64,000 bases of DNA from an uncultured Candidatus Binatia bacterium (GCA_965242525.1 OZ251459.1:512001-576000), one strand, 5' to 3'. Numbered from the stretch's first letter, positions 37,515-50,344 are shown. Notes: generated by a model not told the origin, from the sequence alone. Made by a program: numbers and translations.

Positions 37515-38234
37515 ATGGCCGTTCAGGATGACAGGCGTGAGGTGGAGCTGCGCGAACTCATCGAGCTGAGATCCGGCGAATCCCGCTCCGGAGTGGACGC
37601 CTACTTCGATTTCTCGGATGGGAACCGGCGCTATGCCGTACCCGTGGAACTGAAATCGACAACGAACAGAACCGTCTCGACAGCCCGCGACGTTGGCCTC
37701 GCGCACATTCGGAAGTGGCGATCGCGCTTGTGGGTATTCGGGTTCTATGATTCGTCGGGCGCCACCATGGAGAGCCTGCTGGTCTTGGGCCCGGACGATA
37801 TGGAAGGCTGGATCGCCCGAGTCGAACGGTACATCGCCCTGGATTTCCTGATTGGAGAACGGGCCGCGGAACGCCTCACGTTGGAGGACCTCCACATCAT
37901 CTGCGGCGAAAAGAGTGTGTACAGTCCGCGCGATGCGCGGGCATTGCACAAGAGGCAATGGCCGGAAGCCAGGTACGAGTCCGAGATGGATGTCACGGAC
38001 GGATACAGTCCGGGCAAGATGCTCGAAATACTACGGCTGCGGGCGAAGTACCTGAACGCGCGCGGGGCTACGCTGAACAACCCACACATTCCCAAACGGT
38101 TCTTCTCGGGGTTCCGCGATTCCGAGATGAACGCCCGGGGCGCCGCAATCGAGATCCGGCAGGCCGCCCGGCGCCGCATGCGCTCCATCGTTCTGGGATC
38201 TTCCAAGCTTCGGAGAACCACAGCCGACGTATAA
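37515..38234 (+). CDS. Putative type II restriction endonuclease (PD-(D/E)xK)
   Basis: Directly downstream of the C5 MTase; VDAY...VELKST motif; lower GC. Confidence 0.65.
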   Translation: MAVQDDRREVELRELIELRSGESRSGVDAYFDFSDGNRRYAVPVELKSTTNRTVSTARDVGLAHIRKWRSRLWVFGFYDSSGATMESLLVLGPDDMEGWIARVERYIALDFLIGERAAERLTLEDLHIICGEKSVYSPRDARALHKRQWPEARYESEMDVTDGYSPGKMLEILRLRAKYLNARGATLNNPHIPKRFFSGFRDSEMNARGAAIEIRQAARRRMRSIVLGSSKLRRTTADV

Positions 38235-38271
38235 CGGCCTACAGCTTCGGAACCGACATGGAACGTATCTG

Positions 38272-38370
38272 ATGAGGCTTTCCTGGAACGAGGTTCGGGC
38301 GCGGGCCGCGAACTTCGCCCGTGAGTGGGCGGACGCAGCTTACGAGAAGGGCGAGACCCACAGTTTCTAG
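38272..38370 (+). pseudogene. Duplicated 5' end (32 codons) of the MmeI-like gene, cut off by MITE B
   Basis: 95/98 nt identical to 31911-32008; the TAG stop is created at the MITE junction. Confidence 0.85.
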
Positions 38371-38720
38371 GCGCTTCAGGAATTCGTGCGGGTTGCGACA
38401 CTCCCCATCCCGTCATCCCCGCGAAAGCCCCGTCTCGTCATTCCCGCGAAAGCGGGAATCCAGACTTTGTGAGCAAACTCCATGGTGCCCTGTATGAGAG
38501 GTTTGTACAACGAGGGCGAGGAAAGTGGATGGATTCCCGCTTTCGCGGGAATGACGAGGGGTGGGCGTCTGCGAGAATGACAGAGGGTGGGCTTCTGCGG
38601 GAATGACGGGGGGTGGGCGTCTGCAGGAATGACAGAGTGGGCGTCTGTGGAGCAATGACGGCGTGGTCCCTTTCGCTCTCCCTTCCCTCCTACCTTACCC
38701 GCACGAAGGCCGGAAGAGCA
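38370..38720. mobile_element. MITE family B, long copy (direct repeat of 34921-35316)
   Basis: Same ends and palindromes, fewer VNTR units. Confidence 0.75.
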
Positions 38721-38727
38721 GGAAAGG

Positions 38728-38757
38728 TTGACAACGCTCCTCCGTCGGCCATAGAGT
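38728..38757 (+). promoter_or_regulatory. Putative sigma-70 promoter
   Basis: TTGACA-18 nt-TAGAGT. Confidence 0.5.
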
Positions 38758-38860
38758 CGGCAGGGGCAGCATGAGCACTCGGGAAACGGCTCCGCGTGAG
38801 CGGAGCGGACATGCAGGGCGGCGCTGCCGGCGCCTGCAACCGGCGTTCGAGGAGGCAGTC

Positions 38861-39895
38861 ATGGCAAGGGACATCGAAGTCATCGATGCGGACGGGCACA
38901 TCACCGAGACCGACGAGCAGCTCAAGAAGTACATGGAGGCTCCGTGGGTGGACCGGACCGCGACCCTCTACCCGGTGGACAACTGGGACCGCTCGCTGGG
39001 CGGGACCCTGGGGACCCGGGCGGCTGACGCGCGCACCTGGCTCGACGCCATGGACGAGGGAGGGCTGACCACCGCCTACCTCTATCCTACCGCGGGCCTG
39101 GGCATCGGCTGGATCCGCGAGCCCGACCTCGCGGTGGCGCTGTGCAAGGCCTGGAACGACTTCGTCTCCGAGGAGTTCCAGAAGGTCAGCCCCAGGCTGA
39201 AGGGCGTCGCGCTGGTCTCCTTCCAGGACGTGCCCGAGGCGGTCAAGGAGTTGCGCCGGGCGGTTCGGGAGTTGAAGCTCCCGGGGTTGATGCTGCCGGC
39301 CGTGGGGCTGCGGCTGCCGCTGGGGCACAGGGACTACTGGCCCATCTACGAGGAGGCGGAGAAACTGGACTGCATGGTGGGCGTGCACGCCACGGTTCGG
39401 GGGCCGCAGTACTTCGCCGCGGACCAGTTCGACCAGTTCATCGAGGTGCACACCCTGTCCCATGCCTTCGCCCAGATGATGCAGATGACCAGCATGATCT
39501 TCCAGGGCGTGCTGGACCGGTTCCCGAACCTTCGGGTGGCCTTCATGGAGGCGGGCTGCTCATGGGCGCCCTACTGGGCCGGGCGCATGGACGAGGAATG
39601 GGAGAAGCGCGGCGCGGCGGAGGCGCCTCTGTGCAGGAAGAAACCCAGCGAATACGTGCGCAGCGGCAACGTCTATTTCCACGCCGAGGACTACGAGCCC
39701 TTCATCGGCGAGACGTCCAAGTTCCTGAGCCCGGACGTGCTCTACTACGCGTCCGACTATCCGCACTGGGACATGGAGTTCCCGGAGAACATCGACCACC
39801 TGGGCAGGCGCGAGGACCTGTCCCCCGAGGACAAGAAGTGGCTGCTCGCCGATTCGGCCAAGCGGCTGTACGGCGTCACGATCAGAACTCCGTGA
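38861..39895 (+). CDS. Amidohydrolase_2 family protein
   Basis: IDADGHITE, AWNDF, FPNLRVAFMEAG, ASDYPHWD; GAGGAGG SD. Confidence 0.87.
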   Translation: MARDIEVIDADGHITETDEQLKKYMEAPWVDRTATLYPVDNWDRSLGGTLGTRAADARTWLDAMDEGGLTTAYLYPTAGLGIGWIREPDLAVALCKAWNDFVSEEFQKVSPRLKGVALVSFQDVPEAVKELRRAVRELKLPGLMLPAVGLRLPLGHRDYWPIYEEAEKLDCMVGVHATVRGPQYFAADQFDQFIEVHTLSHAFAQMMQMTSMIFQGVLDRFPNLRVAFMEAGCSWAPYWAGRMDEEWEKRGAAEAPLCRKKPSEYVRSGNVYFHAEDYEPFIGETSKFLSPDVLYYASDYPHWDMEFPENIDHLGRREDLSPEDKKWLLADSAKRLYGVTIRTP

Positions 39896-40820
39896 TCTCC
39901 CGCAGCGGCAGCTTCTTCCGCAGGGCTTGGCGCAGTACGTAGGCGCCCACCGCCAAGTCCTCGTCCGGGATGCCGTTGGACTGGAACAGCGCCTTGCGGG
40001 GCCGCTCCCGGACCCCGCGGGCGACGACGGTCTCCAGCGGCGCGACATCGCGCCAGCGCAGGCGCCGCGCGGCGCAGGCGGCGATGAGGTCGCCGCTGTC
40101 GTTCTGCGCGGTGGCGAGGTCGTCGGTGACCACCAAGTCCATGGACTTGACGAGCCGCCCGGACACTTCGTGCTTCGAGGGCTGGTTGGCGCCGATGGTG
40201 GCCACGAGGACGTCGTCCTTGAGCCGCCGGCCGTCGATGATGGGCGTGGTCGAGTCGGTGGCGACCACCAGGACGTCCGACTCGCTCTCCATCTCGTCCA
40301 GGGAGTCCGCGGTCCGGAAGGGCGTGGGCACCGCCTTGCTCATGGCTTCGATGAAGCCGCGGCGCCGCTCGGCGTTGCGCCCGTACACCAGCACCTGCTT
40401 CGGCCGACATGCCTTGACCACGGCCTCCACCTGGAACGCGCCCTGCCATCCCGGTCCGATGAGGCCCAGCACCGACGGTTTCGGTGGCGCGAGGTACTTG
40501 GCCGCGACCCCGGTGGCGGCGCCGGTGCGCAGGCTGCTGAGGTAGGCGGCGCTCATGACGGCCTTGAGCGCGCCGGAACCGCCGTCGTACAGGGTGATGG
40601 TGTTGGCCTTGGCCGCGTAGCTGCGCAGCGCGATCAGGTCCGAGTCCTGGTGCCACGCGGCCATCACGTTGAGCTGCTTGCCGCTTCCGCTGAGCCGCCG
40701 CCGCGGCACGTTCCGCATCTTCCCCGCGGCCCGGTCCCGGAACATCCGGTCCAGCAAGCGGATGGCGGCGCCCATGTCGATGAGCTCGCGGGTCTGCTCC
40801 GCACTGATGATCGAGGCCAT
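39882..40820 (-). CDS. Ornithine cyclodeaminase/mu-crystallin family protein
   Basis: LRTGAATG, GLIGPGWQG, VATIGAN, FQSNG...EDLA. Confidence 0.85.
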   Translation of the reverse strand: MASIISAEQTRELIDMGAAIRLLDRMFRDRAAGKMRNVPRRRLSGSGKQLNVMAAWHQDSDLIALRSYAAKANTITLYDGGSGALKAVMSAAYLSSLRTGAATGVAAKYLAPPKPSVLGLIGPGWQGAFQVEAVVKACRPKQVLVYGRNAERRRGFIEAMSKAVPTPFRTADSLDEMESESDVLVVATDSTTPIIDGRRLKDDVLVATIGANQPSKHEVSGRLVKSMDLVVTDDLATAQNDSGDLIAACAARRLRWRDVAPLETVVARGVRERPRKALFQSNGIPDEDLAVGAYVLRQALRKKLPLREITEF

Positions 40821-40874
40821 GGGCGTTTCCTCCCTTTCCATGCGGTGCCCGCGGCAGGCCGGGGGCGCCGCGTC

Positions 40875-42710
<1,836 letters not shown>

Positions 42711-42869
42711 GCCGCCGCTCTAACACACCCTGTCGGCTAATTCCATCGGACTTGCGGCGGCGCGGCCGCGTGCATCCTCGGACCGGGTCTTGTGCTAAGA
42801 TGCTTCGGGTTCCGGGAGCTGGGCCGGAAAGCGGGGGGACCGGAGGAGATGTCGAGGGAAGCCCGTATG

Positions 42870-43050
42870 GGAACGTCTGGACAACCGGGGCAGGGAGGAT
42901 GGATTCCCCCACCCTGACCCTTCCGTCCCCGTTCGTCCCTGGGTCCCTGACACTTCCACCCCCGTTCGTCCTGGGCGTAGCGTAGCGGAGTCGAAGGACG
43001 CGCTTTCCCACGGGGAGAGGGAGTTCGAGCCGGAATCGACCGGAGGTTCC
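42870..43050. repeat. MITE family A copy upstream of gnd
   Basis: GGAACGTCTGGACAA...GGAGGTTCC ends with core palindromes; ends 2 nt before AAGGAGG. Confidence 0.7.
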
Positions 43051-43064
43051 AGAAGGAGGTCCGT

Positions 43065-44084
43065 ATGCAGTTGGGCATGATCGGTTTGGGAAGGATGGGC
43101 GCCAACATGGCCAAGCGGCTGATCCGGGCGGGGCACGAGTTGGTGGTCTTCGACAGGAGCGCCGACGCGGTACGGGGAATGGCGGGAGAGGGCGCGGCGG
43201 GCAGCGCTTCGCCGGCCGAGTTCGCGGCGAAGCTGCGGAAGCCTCGGGCGGTGTGGATGATGGTGCCCGCGGCCGCGGTGGACCAGACCATCGACGCGTT
43301 CGCGGAGCACATGGAGGGAGGCGACATCCTCATCGACGGCGGCAACTCCCATTACATCGACGACATCCGCCGGGCCCGGGATCTCGCGCCCCGGGGCATC
43401 CACTACGTGGACGTGGGCACCAGCGGCGGCGTCTGGGGCCTGGAGCGGGGCTACTGCCAGATGATCGGCGGCGAGCCGGGACCGGTGGGCCGCCTGGACC
43501 CGGTCTTTGCGGCGCTGGCGCCCGACATGGCTACGGCGCCGCCCACCCCGGGCCGGGCCTCGGGCAAGGGCACCGCGGAGCGGGGCTACCTTCACTGCGG
43601 CCCACACGGCGCCGGCCACTTCGTGAAGATGGTCCACAACGGTATCGAGTACGGCCTCATGGCGGCCTACGCCGAGGGGTTCAACATCCTGAAGCACGCC
43701 AACGTGGGCAAGCAGGGAAACGCCGCCAGCGCGGAGCAGACGCCGTTGCGGGATCCGGAGCACTACCGGTACGACTTCGACCTGGGAGAGGTGGCCGAGC
43801 TGTGGCGCCGGGGCAGCGTGGTCACCTCCTGGCTGCTGGACCTCACCGCCAACGCGCTGCTGGAAGACCCGGACCTGGGACGGTTCGGCGGCCGGGTGTC
43901 CGACTCCGGCGAAGGGCGCTGGACCATCCACGCGGCCGTGGACGAAGCGGTGCCGGCCCACGTCCTGACCGCGGCCCTGTTCGAGCGGTTCAGTTCCCGC
44001 GGGGAAGCCGACTTCGCCGACAAGCTGCTTTCGGCCATGCGCTTCCAGTTCGGCGGACACGAGGAGCTCCCCGGCAAGGAGTAG
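43065..44084 (+). CDS. gnd: Decarboxylating 6-phosphogluconate dehydrogenase (short YqeC type)
   Basis: [47 protein letters not shown]. Confidence 0.93.
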   Translation: MQLGMIGLGRMGANMAKRLIRAGHELVVFDRSADAVRGMAGEGAAGSASPAEFAAKLRKPRAVWMMVPAAAVDQTIDAFAEHMEGGDILIDGGNSHYIDDIRRARDLAPRGIHYVDVGTSGGVWGLERGYCQMIGGEPGPVGRLDPVFAALAPDMATAPPTPGRASGKGTAERGYLHCGPHGAGHFVKMVHNGIEYGLMAAYAEGFNILKHANVGKQGNAASAEQTPLRDPEHYRYDFDLGEVAELWRRGSVVTSWLLDLTANALLEDPDLGRFGGRVSDSGEGRWTIHAAVDEAVPAHVLTAALFERFSSRGEADFADKLLSAMRFQFGGHEELPGKE

Positions 44085-44099
44085 CCGGAAGGGCGGTCC

Positions 44100-44798
44100 A
44101 TGGACGTCCGGGTGTTTCCCGACGCGGACGCGGCGGCGCGGCAGGCCGCGGCCTTCATCGCCGCGGCCGCGCGCTCCGCGGTCAACCGCCGGGGCCGGTT
44201 CGTCTTCGCGGTGAGCGGCGGCCGGACCCCCTGGGTCATGCTGCGCGCCCTCACGCAGGAAGACGTTCCCTGGCAGGCGGTGGAGGTCTTCCAGGTGGAC
44301 GAGCGGGTGGCTCCCGAAGGGCATCCGGACCGGAACCTCACGCGGTTGCGGGAGAGCCTGCTGGAGCAGGCGCCGCTCGCCCCCGGGCAGGTGCACGCCA
44401 TGCCGGTGGAGGCCCATGACCTCCAGGCAGCGGCGCAGCGGTACGCCCGCCGCCTGGCGCGGTTGACGGCGCCGTCGGGCCGCCTGGACCTCGTCCACCT
44501 GGGACTGGGTCCGGACGGCCACACCGCGTCCCTGGTCCCGGGCCAGCCGACGCTGGACGTCCGCGATGCGCAGGCGGCGGTGACCGGCCCCTACCAGGGC
44601 CGCCGCCGCATGACCCTGACCTTCCCGGTCCTGGACCGGGCGCGGCAGGTCCTCTGGGTGGTGACGGGCGAAGACAAGCGGGAGATGCTGTTGCGCCTGA
44701 GCCGCGGCGACGCCGCCATTCCCGCGGGCCGCGTGGCCTCCCGCGCCGCCGTGGTCATGGCCGACCGCGCGGCCGCGGCGCTGCTCCCGCGCCCTTAG
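44100..44798 (+). CDS. pgl: 6-phosphogluconolactonase
   Basis: SGGRTP, QVDERV, LGLGPDGHTASL, RMTLT. Confidence 0.9.
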   Translation: MDVRVFPDADAAARQAAAFIAAAARSAVNRRGRFVFAVSGGRTPWVMLRALTQEDVPWQAVEVFQVDERVAPEGHPDRNLTRLRESLLEQAPLAPGQVHAMPVEAHDLQAAAQRYARRLARLTAPSGRLDLVHLGLGPDGHTASLVPGQPTLDVRDAQAAVTGPYQGRRRMTLTFPVLDRARQVLWVVTGEDKREMLLRLSRGDAAIPAGRVASRAAVVMADRAAAALLPRP

Positions 44799-46219
44799 GC
44801 GGGGGAAGTCGGGGGAGGAGGCGCTTTCAGCACTGCCAGCATGTCCTCGGTGCGCGTGAGCTTGACCCGCACCCGTCCCGCCTCCCTGCCCCGGGCGGTC
44901 TCCAGGCGGTCGAGACGCAGCCAGTCCTCGTAGGACACGTAATCGGGTTGCCGCTCCCGCACCAGCCGTTGGGCTGCGGCCACCTCGGGATGGGCCGGCT
45001 CCATGACCGCGCCGGCCCGCAGGTCCTCCAGCATGCGTTCGACGGTCTCCGCGGCGTCGGGCTTGTTGGTGCCGATGACGCCGGTGGGACCGCGCTTGAT
45101 CCATCCCGCGGCATAGAGACCGGCCAGCGGCTTACCGCCCTTCTCCGCCAGCACTCGCCCCCGGTGGTTGGGGATCACGCCCCGGGACTGGTCGAAGGGG
45201 ATGTCGGGCAGGGCCACGCCCTGATAGCCCACGGAGCGGAAGACGATGTCCGCGGGGATGGTTTCGCACTCTTCGGTGGCGCGCGCCCGCAAGGCGCCGT
45301 TGTCGCCGGCGTAGAGTTCGTTCCTCGCCAGGCGGACGGCGCTCACCCGGCCGCGGCCGTCGCCGATGATCTCCGTCGGGGAAAGCAGGAAACGGACCAT
45401 GAGCCGCCGGGCCCTGCCCGCGGGTCGGCGGGCGGCATAGCCTTGCAGGATCTCGACCTTGCGGTTGACCGCCTTGCGGGGATTGGCCTCGACCTCTGCT
45501 TGGCTCAGGGGGTCGAGCCGCGCCTCTTCCGGCAGCACCACCACGTCGGCGCCGGGCAGCTCCCCCATCTCCTTGATCTCGGGGTCGGTGAAGGCGGCCT
45601 GGGCCGGGCCCCGGCGCCCGACCAGATAGACGTTCCGGATCCGGCTCCGTCCCAGCGCTTCCAGGGCGTAGTCGGCCATGTCGGTGACGGCCAGCTCTTC
45701 GTAGGTACGGCACAGGATGCGGGCCACGTCGATGGCGACGTTGCCGACCCCGATGACCACCGCGTTGGTCCCCGACAGGTCGAAGCGGCGCTCCCGGTAG
45801 TCCGGATGGCCGTTGTACCAGGCAACGAATTCCGTGGCCGCGTGGCTGCCGTCGAGGTCTTCCCCCGAGACGCCGAGACTGCGGTCGGTCTGCGCGCCGG
45901 TGGTGAAGCAGATCTGGTGGTAGTGGGCCTTCAGGTCGTCCAGATGGACGTCCCGGCCGTAGCGCACGTTGCCGTAGAAGCGGAAGTTGGGTCTCCGGGC
46001 GATGCGGTCGTAAGCCCGCGCCACCGCCTTGATCTTCTGGTGGTCCGGCGCGACGCCTCCCCGCACCAGGCCGAAGGGCGTGGCGAGCTCGTCGAACACG
46101 TCGATCTCGACGCGCAAGCCGGGTTCGCGGAAGAATCGTTCGACGACGTAGAATCCTGCGGGTCCCGAACCGATGACGGCGACCCGAAGGGGAACGTCGT
46201 CGGTCCCTGCGTTGGGCAT
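44795..46219 (-). CDS. Ferredoxin-NADP+ reductase (FprA/adrenodoxin reductase-like)
   Basis: IGSGPAG, PFGLVR.GVAPDH, GVGNVA.DVAR, GWIKRGPTGVIGTN. Confidence 0.92.
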   Translation of the reverse strand: MPNAGTDDVPLRVAVIGSGPAGFYVVERFFREPGLRVEIDVFDELATPFGLVRGGVAPDHQKIKAVARAYDRIARRPNFRFYGNVRYGRDVHLDDLKAHYHQICFTTGAQTDRSLGVSGEDLDGSHAATEFVAWYNGHPDYRERRFDLSGTNAVVIGVGNVAIDVARILCRTYEELAVTDMADYALEALGRSRIRNVYLVGRRGPAQAAFTDPEIKEMGELPGADVVVLPEEARLDPLSQAEVEANPRKAVNRKVEILQGYAARRPAGRARRLMVRFLLSPTEIIGDGRGRVSAVRLARNELYAGDNGALRARATEECETIPADIVFRSVGYQGVALPDIPFDQSRGVIPNHRGRVLAEKGGKPLAGLYAAGWIKRGPTGVIGTNKPDAAETVERMLEDLRAGAVMEPAHPEVAAAQRLVRERQPDYVSYEDWLRLDRLETARGREAGRVRVKLTRTEDMLAVLKAPPPPTSPA

Positions 46220-46359
46220 GGAAGTCTCCCGGCTGGTCCCCGACGGAACGGGGACAGCGGTTTGACCGCTCCGAAACTGGCCGATGTCGTCAATCTACCG
46301 GATTCCCCGTGTGCTTGCCAATGGCCTTTCCGGGGCGTGCCGAGTCCGTTCGTCTCGAA

Positions 46360-46478
46360 GGACCTCGGAACGGTCCCGGAGGAAAGGCGCGTCCTTCGAC
46401 TTCGCTTCGCTACGCTCAGGACGAACGGGGACGGGAAGGCACGTGAGGGAAAACCCCCTGTCCACGTCCAGGGTTTCC
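46360..46478. repeat. MITE family A copy
   Basis: Reverse core at about 46389-46430, right end GTCCAGGGTTTCC. Confidence 0.65.
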
Positions 46479-46638
46479 TTGAAGGGTCCAGGGTTTTCAT
46501 GCTACTGGTTTTCCAGCCTCGGACCGGTTCGCGCGGCGCCCTTCGACCGCAGCGACTCGGAAAGCCATGGGAATTCGGCGGCCTTCCGGGTATAGGCGGG
46601 GCGCCGAAGGGCGCGAACCGCGGGTCGGGAACGAAACC

Positions 46639-47304
46639 ATGCGCATCATCGTGTTGGGTCCGCCTGGAGCGGGCAAGGGAACGCAAGCCGGCGCCATTGC
46701 CGCGGCCTTCGGCATCCCGCAGATCTCCACCGGCGACATGCTGAGGGCGGCGGTGGAGGAGGGCACGGAGTTGGGGCTCCGCTGCAAGGCGGTGATGGAA
46801 GCGGGCGGGCTCGTGTCCGACGACGTCATGGTGGCCCTCGTCAAGGAGCGCATACGGGCCGAGGACTGCCGCCGGGGCTTCCTCTTCGACGGTTTTCCGC
46901 GGACCTTGGCCCAGGCGGAGGCCATGAGGGACAACGACGTCCGGGTGACCCACGTGGTGGAGATCCACGCGCCTCCCGAAGAGGTGGTGGCGAGGCTCAG
47001 CGGCCGGCGCGTGCATCCCGGGTCCGGGCGCACCTACCACGTGGCGTTCCACCCGCCGAAGGTGGAAGGCAGGGACGACGTCACCGGCGAAGCCCTGGCG
47101 CAGCGCGACGACGACAGGGAGGAGACCGTGCGCCGCCGGCTGGAGGTTTACGCTGCGCAGACCGCTCCGTTGGTGGACTACTACACCCGCTGGCAGGCCG
47201 ACGGAGACCCGGCCGCGCCCCGGTACGTCAAGGTGTCGGGGGTGGGGCGGGTGGAGGACGTGCGGAACGCGATTCTGGAGCAACTGGACGGGGGCTCGCC
47301 TTGA
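46639..47304 (+). CDS. adk: Adenylate kinase
   Basis: [25 protein letters not shown], zinc-free LID ([12 protein letters not shown]...DDVTGE), QRDDD. Confidence 0.95.
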   Translation: MRIIVLGPPGAGKGTQAGAIAAAFGIPQISTGDMLRAAVEEGTELGLRCKAVMEAGGLVSDDVMVALVKERIRAEDCRRGFLFDGFPRTLAQAEAMRDNDVRVTHVVEIHAPPEEVVARLSGRRVHPGSGRTYHVAFHPPKVEGRDDVTGEALAQRDDDREETVRRRLEVYAAQTAPLVDYYTRWQADGDPAAPRYVKVSGVGRVEDVRNAILEQLDGGSP

Positions 47305-47321
47305 CCGCCGGAGGACTCGGC

Positions 47322-48116
47322 ATGGCCCGTCGCCGTCCTCGCGTGACCGTGGACCACTTCGACGCGGTGCTCTTCGACCTGGACGGCGTCCTGACCTCCA
47401 CGGCCCGGGTCCATTCCGTGTGCTGGAAGAAGATGTTCGACGCCTTCCTGCGGCAGCGCGCCGCGGAAACCGGCGGGGAGTTCACGCCCTTCGACCCGGA
47501 CGCCGACTACAAGCGCTACGTGGACGGCAAGCCCCGCTACGACGGGGTCCGGAGCTTCCTGGAGTCCAGGGGCATCGAGTTGCCCTACGGGGACCCCGGC
47601 GACCCACCCGGAACGTTGAGCGTCTGCGGCCTCGGCAACCGCAAGGACCGGCTGTTCCACGAGGTGCTGAGGGCGGAAGGGGTGGAGGCCTACGAGGGCA
47701 CCGTGCGCTGGGCGCGGGACCTCCGCAGCCGGGGCATGAAGACCGCGGTGGTGTCGTCGAGCAAGAACTGCAAGGCCATCATGGAGGCCGCGGCCATCGA
47801 CCGCCTGTTCGACGCCCGCATGGACGGAGAGGTGGCCGCACGGCTGGGGATCCCGGGCAAGCCGGCCCCGGACACCTACCTCAAGGCCGCACGGGATCTG
47901 GGCGTGAGTCCGGAAAGGGCTGTGGTGGTGGAAGACGCCCTTTCCGGCGTGCAGGCGGGCCGCCGAGGCGGCTTCGGGCTGGTCATCGGGGTGGACCGCC
48001 ACGACGACGCCGACGCCCTCCGCGACCACGGCGCGGACATGGTGGTGGCCGACCTGGCCGAGATGCTGGACGGCGGACCCGACCGTCACCCGGCGTCGGG
48101 AAAGGCCCTCTCGTAA
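47322..48116 (+). CDS. Beta-phosphoglucomutase-family HAD hydrolase
   Basis: FDLDGVLT, DGKPRYDGVRSFL, SSSKN, GKPAPD, VEDA. Confidence 0.9.
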   Translation: MARRRPRVTVDHFDAVLFDLDGVLTSTARVHSVCWKKMFDAFLRQRAAETGGEFTPFDPDADYKRYVDGKPRYDGVRSFLESRGIELPYGDPGDPPGTLSVCGLGNRKDRLFHEVLRAEGVEAYEGTVRWARDLRSRGMKTAVVSSSKNCKAIMEAAAIDRLFDARMDGEVAARLGIPGKPAPDTYLKAARDLGVSPERAVVVEDALSGVQAGRRGGFGLVIGVDRHDDADALRDHGADMVVADLAEMLDGGPDRHPASGKALS

Positions 48117-48184
48117 TTGCGCGCCCGGACCCGAGACGATAAGAAGGAAAAGGAAGGGAGAGACGAGGAGAAGGGAGGGGATCG

Positions 48185-48739
48185 ATGAAGCTCGAGGTTC
48201 AAGTCACGTTTCGGGACATGGAGCCCTCTCGCGGCGTCGAGCAGGCCATACGCGAGAAGGCGGCCAAGCTCGACCAGTTCCATGACCGCATCACCGGGTG
48301 CCGCGTGGTGGTGGCCGCTCCCCATCGCCACCATCACAAGGGCAGGCTCTACAACGTCCGCATCGACATGACGGTGCCCGGCGGCGAGCTGGTGGTGAAC
48401 CGCGACAACAGCCGGGCCGCCGCGCACCACGACGTCCACGTGGCCGTCCGTGACGCCTTCAACGCCGCCAAGCGGCAGCTACAGGACTATGCGCGCCGCC
48501 GCCGCGGCGAGGTGAAGACGCATCCCGCGGGGGACGCGGCGCGGGTCAGCAAGCTGTTCTCCGCCAAGGGTTACGGCTTCATCGAGACCAGCGACGGTCG
48601 TGAGATCTATTTCCACGAGAACAGCGTGGTGGAGGGGTTCCAGCACCTGACGCTGGGCACGCGAGTCCGCTTCACCGAAGAGGAAGGCCAGAAGGGGCCT
48701 CAGGCCAGCACCGTCCGCCTGGCCCACGGATCGGTCTAG
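48185..48739 (+). CDS. HPF/RaiA-like protein fused to a cold-shock domain
   Basis: QVTFR.M..S, HRHHHKG, AVRDAF; C-terminal GYGFI...GREIYFH...GPQA. Confidence 0.88.
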   Translation: MKLEVQVTFRDMEPSRGVEQAIREKAAKLDQFHDRITGCRVVVAAPHRHHHKGRLYNVRIDMTVPGGELVVNRDNSRAAAHHDVHVAVRDAFNAAKRQLQDYARRRRGEVKTHPAGDAARVSKLFSAKGYGFIETSDGREIYFHENSVVEGFQHLTLGTRVRFTEEEGQKGPQASTVRLAHGSV

Positions 48740-48753
48740 GAGGGTCCGGGAGA

Positions 48754-48790
48754 CGGGAAGGGGGCCGTTGCGCCGACGGCCCCCTTCCCG
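48754..48790. terminator. 15-bp perfect hairpin between convergent genes
   Basis: CGGGAAGGGGGCCGT-7 nt-ACGGCCCCCTTCCCG; no U-tract. Confidence 0.55.
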
Positions 48791-48823
48791 GTCCCGCAGC
48801 GCAGGCGTTTCCGGCCGCTTGCG

Positions 48824-50344
48824 CTACTCCTGGAGGTTCAGTCCCGTTACCGTGCTCCGGAGCTTCCTCAGGGCGCGCTGCTCGATCTGGCGAATGCGTT
48901 CCCTCGTGAGGGAGAAACGCTCGCCAAGCTCCTCCAGCGTATAGTCCCGCACCTCGCCGATGCCGAAGCGGAACCGGAGCACCGCTTCCTCCCGCGGCGG
49001 CAGCGTCGCCAGCACCTTCTTGACCTTGTCGCGCAGGTTGGCGTGGATGGTCTGCTCCAGGGGCTTGGGGATGTGCTTGTCCTCCACGAAGTCCCCGAGG
49101 CGGCTTTCCTCGTCGTCCCCCATGGGGGTTTCCAGGGAGACCGGCTCCTTGACGATGCGCATCAGCCTGCGGATCTCGTCCGTGGTCAGTCCCATTTCCT
49201 CGGCGACTTCGTCCGGCTGCGGCTCCCTTCCCAGCTTGCGGTGAAGCGACCGGTGCGCGCGGATGAGCTTGTTCCGGGTCTCGATCATGTGGACCGGGAT
49301 GCGTATGGTGGGCGCGGAGTCGATGATGCCCCGGGTGATGCTCTGGCGAATCCACCAGCCCGCGTAGGTGGAGAAGCGGTAGCCCAGCCGGTAGTCGAAC
49401 TTCTCCGCGGCCCGCATCAGGCCCACGTTGCCCTCCTGGATGAGGTCGAGGAACTGGAGGCCGCGGTTGCCGTACTTCTTCGCCAGGCTCACCACCAGCC
49501 GCAGGTTGGCCTCGATGAGGATCTTCTTGGCCGACGAAGCCTTGAACTCGGCCGCGTTGATGGCCGCCGCGTGGCGCGCGATCTCCACCGCGGACGACCC
49601 CATGGCCTTCTCGACAGCCTTCACCTCGGCCGCGGCCCGCTCCGCGGCGTTCCCGCGGGCATGGCTCCGGATCCGTTCCTGGAGCGCGACGATGGTCCGG
49701 TGCGATTCCTTGAGGCTGGCGCCCACGTCGTCGATCCATTCCTTGGACAGGCGCAGCCCTTTCATGGCCCCGGCGATGCGCGCGTGCTTCTTGCCCAGTG
49801 CGGTTTCCAGCTCCTTCCGGCGCTTCTGGGAGGTCCTCTTTCGGGCCAGCTCCGCCTGCATGCGCTCTCGTTCCCTGACCAAGCGGCGCAGGTCCGTGAC
49901 GCCCTTGCGGAACCGGGGGCGTTCGACCGCCATGTCGAAGGCTTCCCCGTCGTCCCCCGTCATGAGCACGCGTTCCAGCGGCGTTTCGTTCTTCTTGATC
50001 TCCTCGGCCAAGTCGAGCACCCGGCGAAGGGCGAGAGGGGAGGCGATGACGCTGTCGATGTACTCCTCCTGGCCCTGCTCCATCTGCTTGCCGAGATGCA
50101 CCTCGCGTTCCCTCGTCAACAACGGGGTGGAGCCGATGTCCCGAAGGTACAGCGATACCGGGTCGGTCTTCTCGTCCATCCGGTCGCTGTCCACCGGAAC
50201 GGGACTCTGCGAGGTTTCCTCGGAAAGGGACGCCGCCTGCTCTTCGTCCTCGACCGCCCCCTCCCCCATGGCGATATCGTCAAGCTCGTCGATTGAGTCG
50301 TCCATCGCATCCTCGGTGCATTCGATGTTCAAGGCTCTCTCCAT
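48824..50344 (-). CDS. RpoD-family sigma-70 factor (likely non-primary paralog)
   Basis: [46 protein letters not shown]. Confidence 0.9.
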   Translation of the reverse strand: MERALNIECTEDAMDDSIDELDDIAMGEGAVEDEEQAASLSEETSQSPVPVDSDRMDEKTDPVSLYLRDIGSTPLLTREREVHLGKQMEQGQEEYIDSVIASPLALRRVLDLAEEIKKNETPLERVLMTGDDGEAFDMAVERPRFRKGVTDLRRLVRERERMQAELARKRTSQKRRKELETALGKKHARIAGAMKGLRLSKEWIDDVGASLKESHRTIVALQERIRSHARGNAAERAAAEVKAVEKAMGSSAVEIARHAAAINAAEFKASSAKKILIEANLRLVVSLAKKYGNRGLQFLDLIQEGNVGLMRAAEKFDYRLGYRFSTYAGWWIRQSITRGIIDSAPTIRIPVHMIETRNKLIRAHRSLHRKLGREPQPDEVAEEMGLTTDEIRRLMRIVKEPVSLETPMGDDEESRLGDFVEDKHIPKPLEQTIHANLRDKVKKVLATLPPREEAVLRFRFGIGEVRDYTLEELGERFSLTRERIRQIEQRALRKLRSTVTGLNLQE

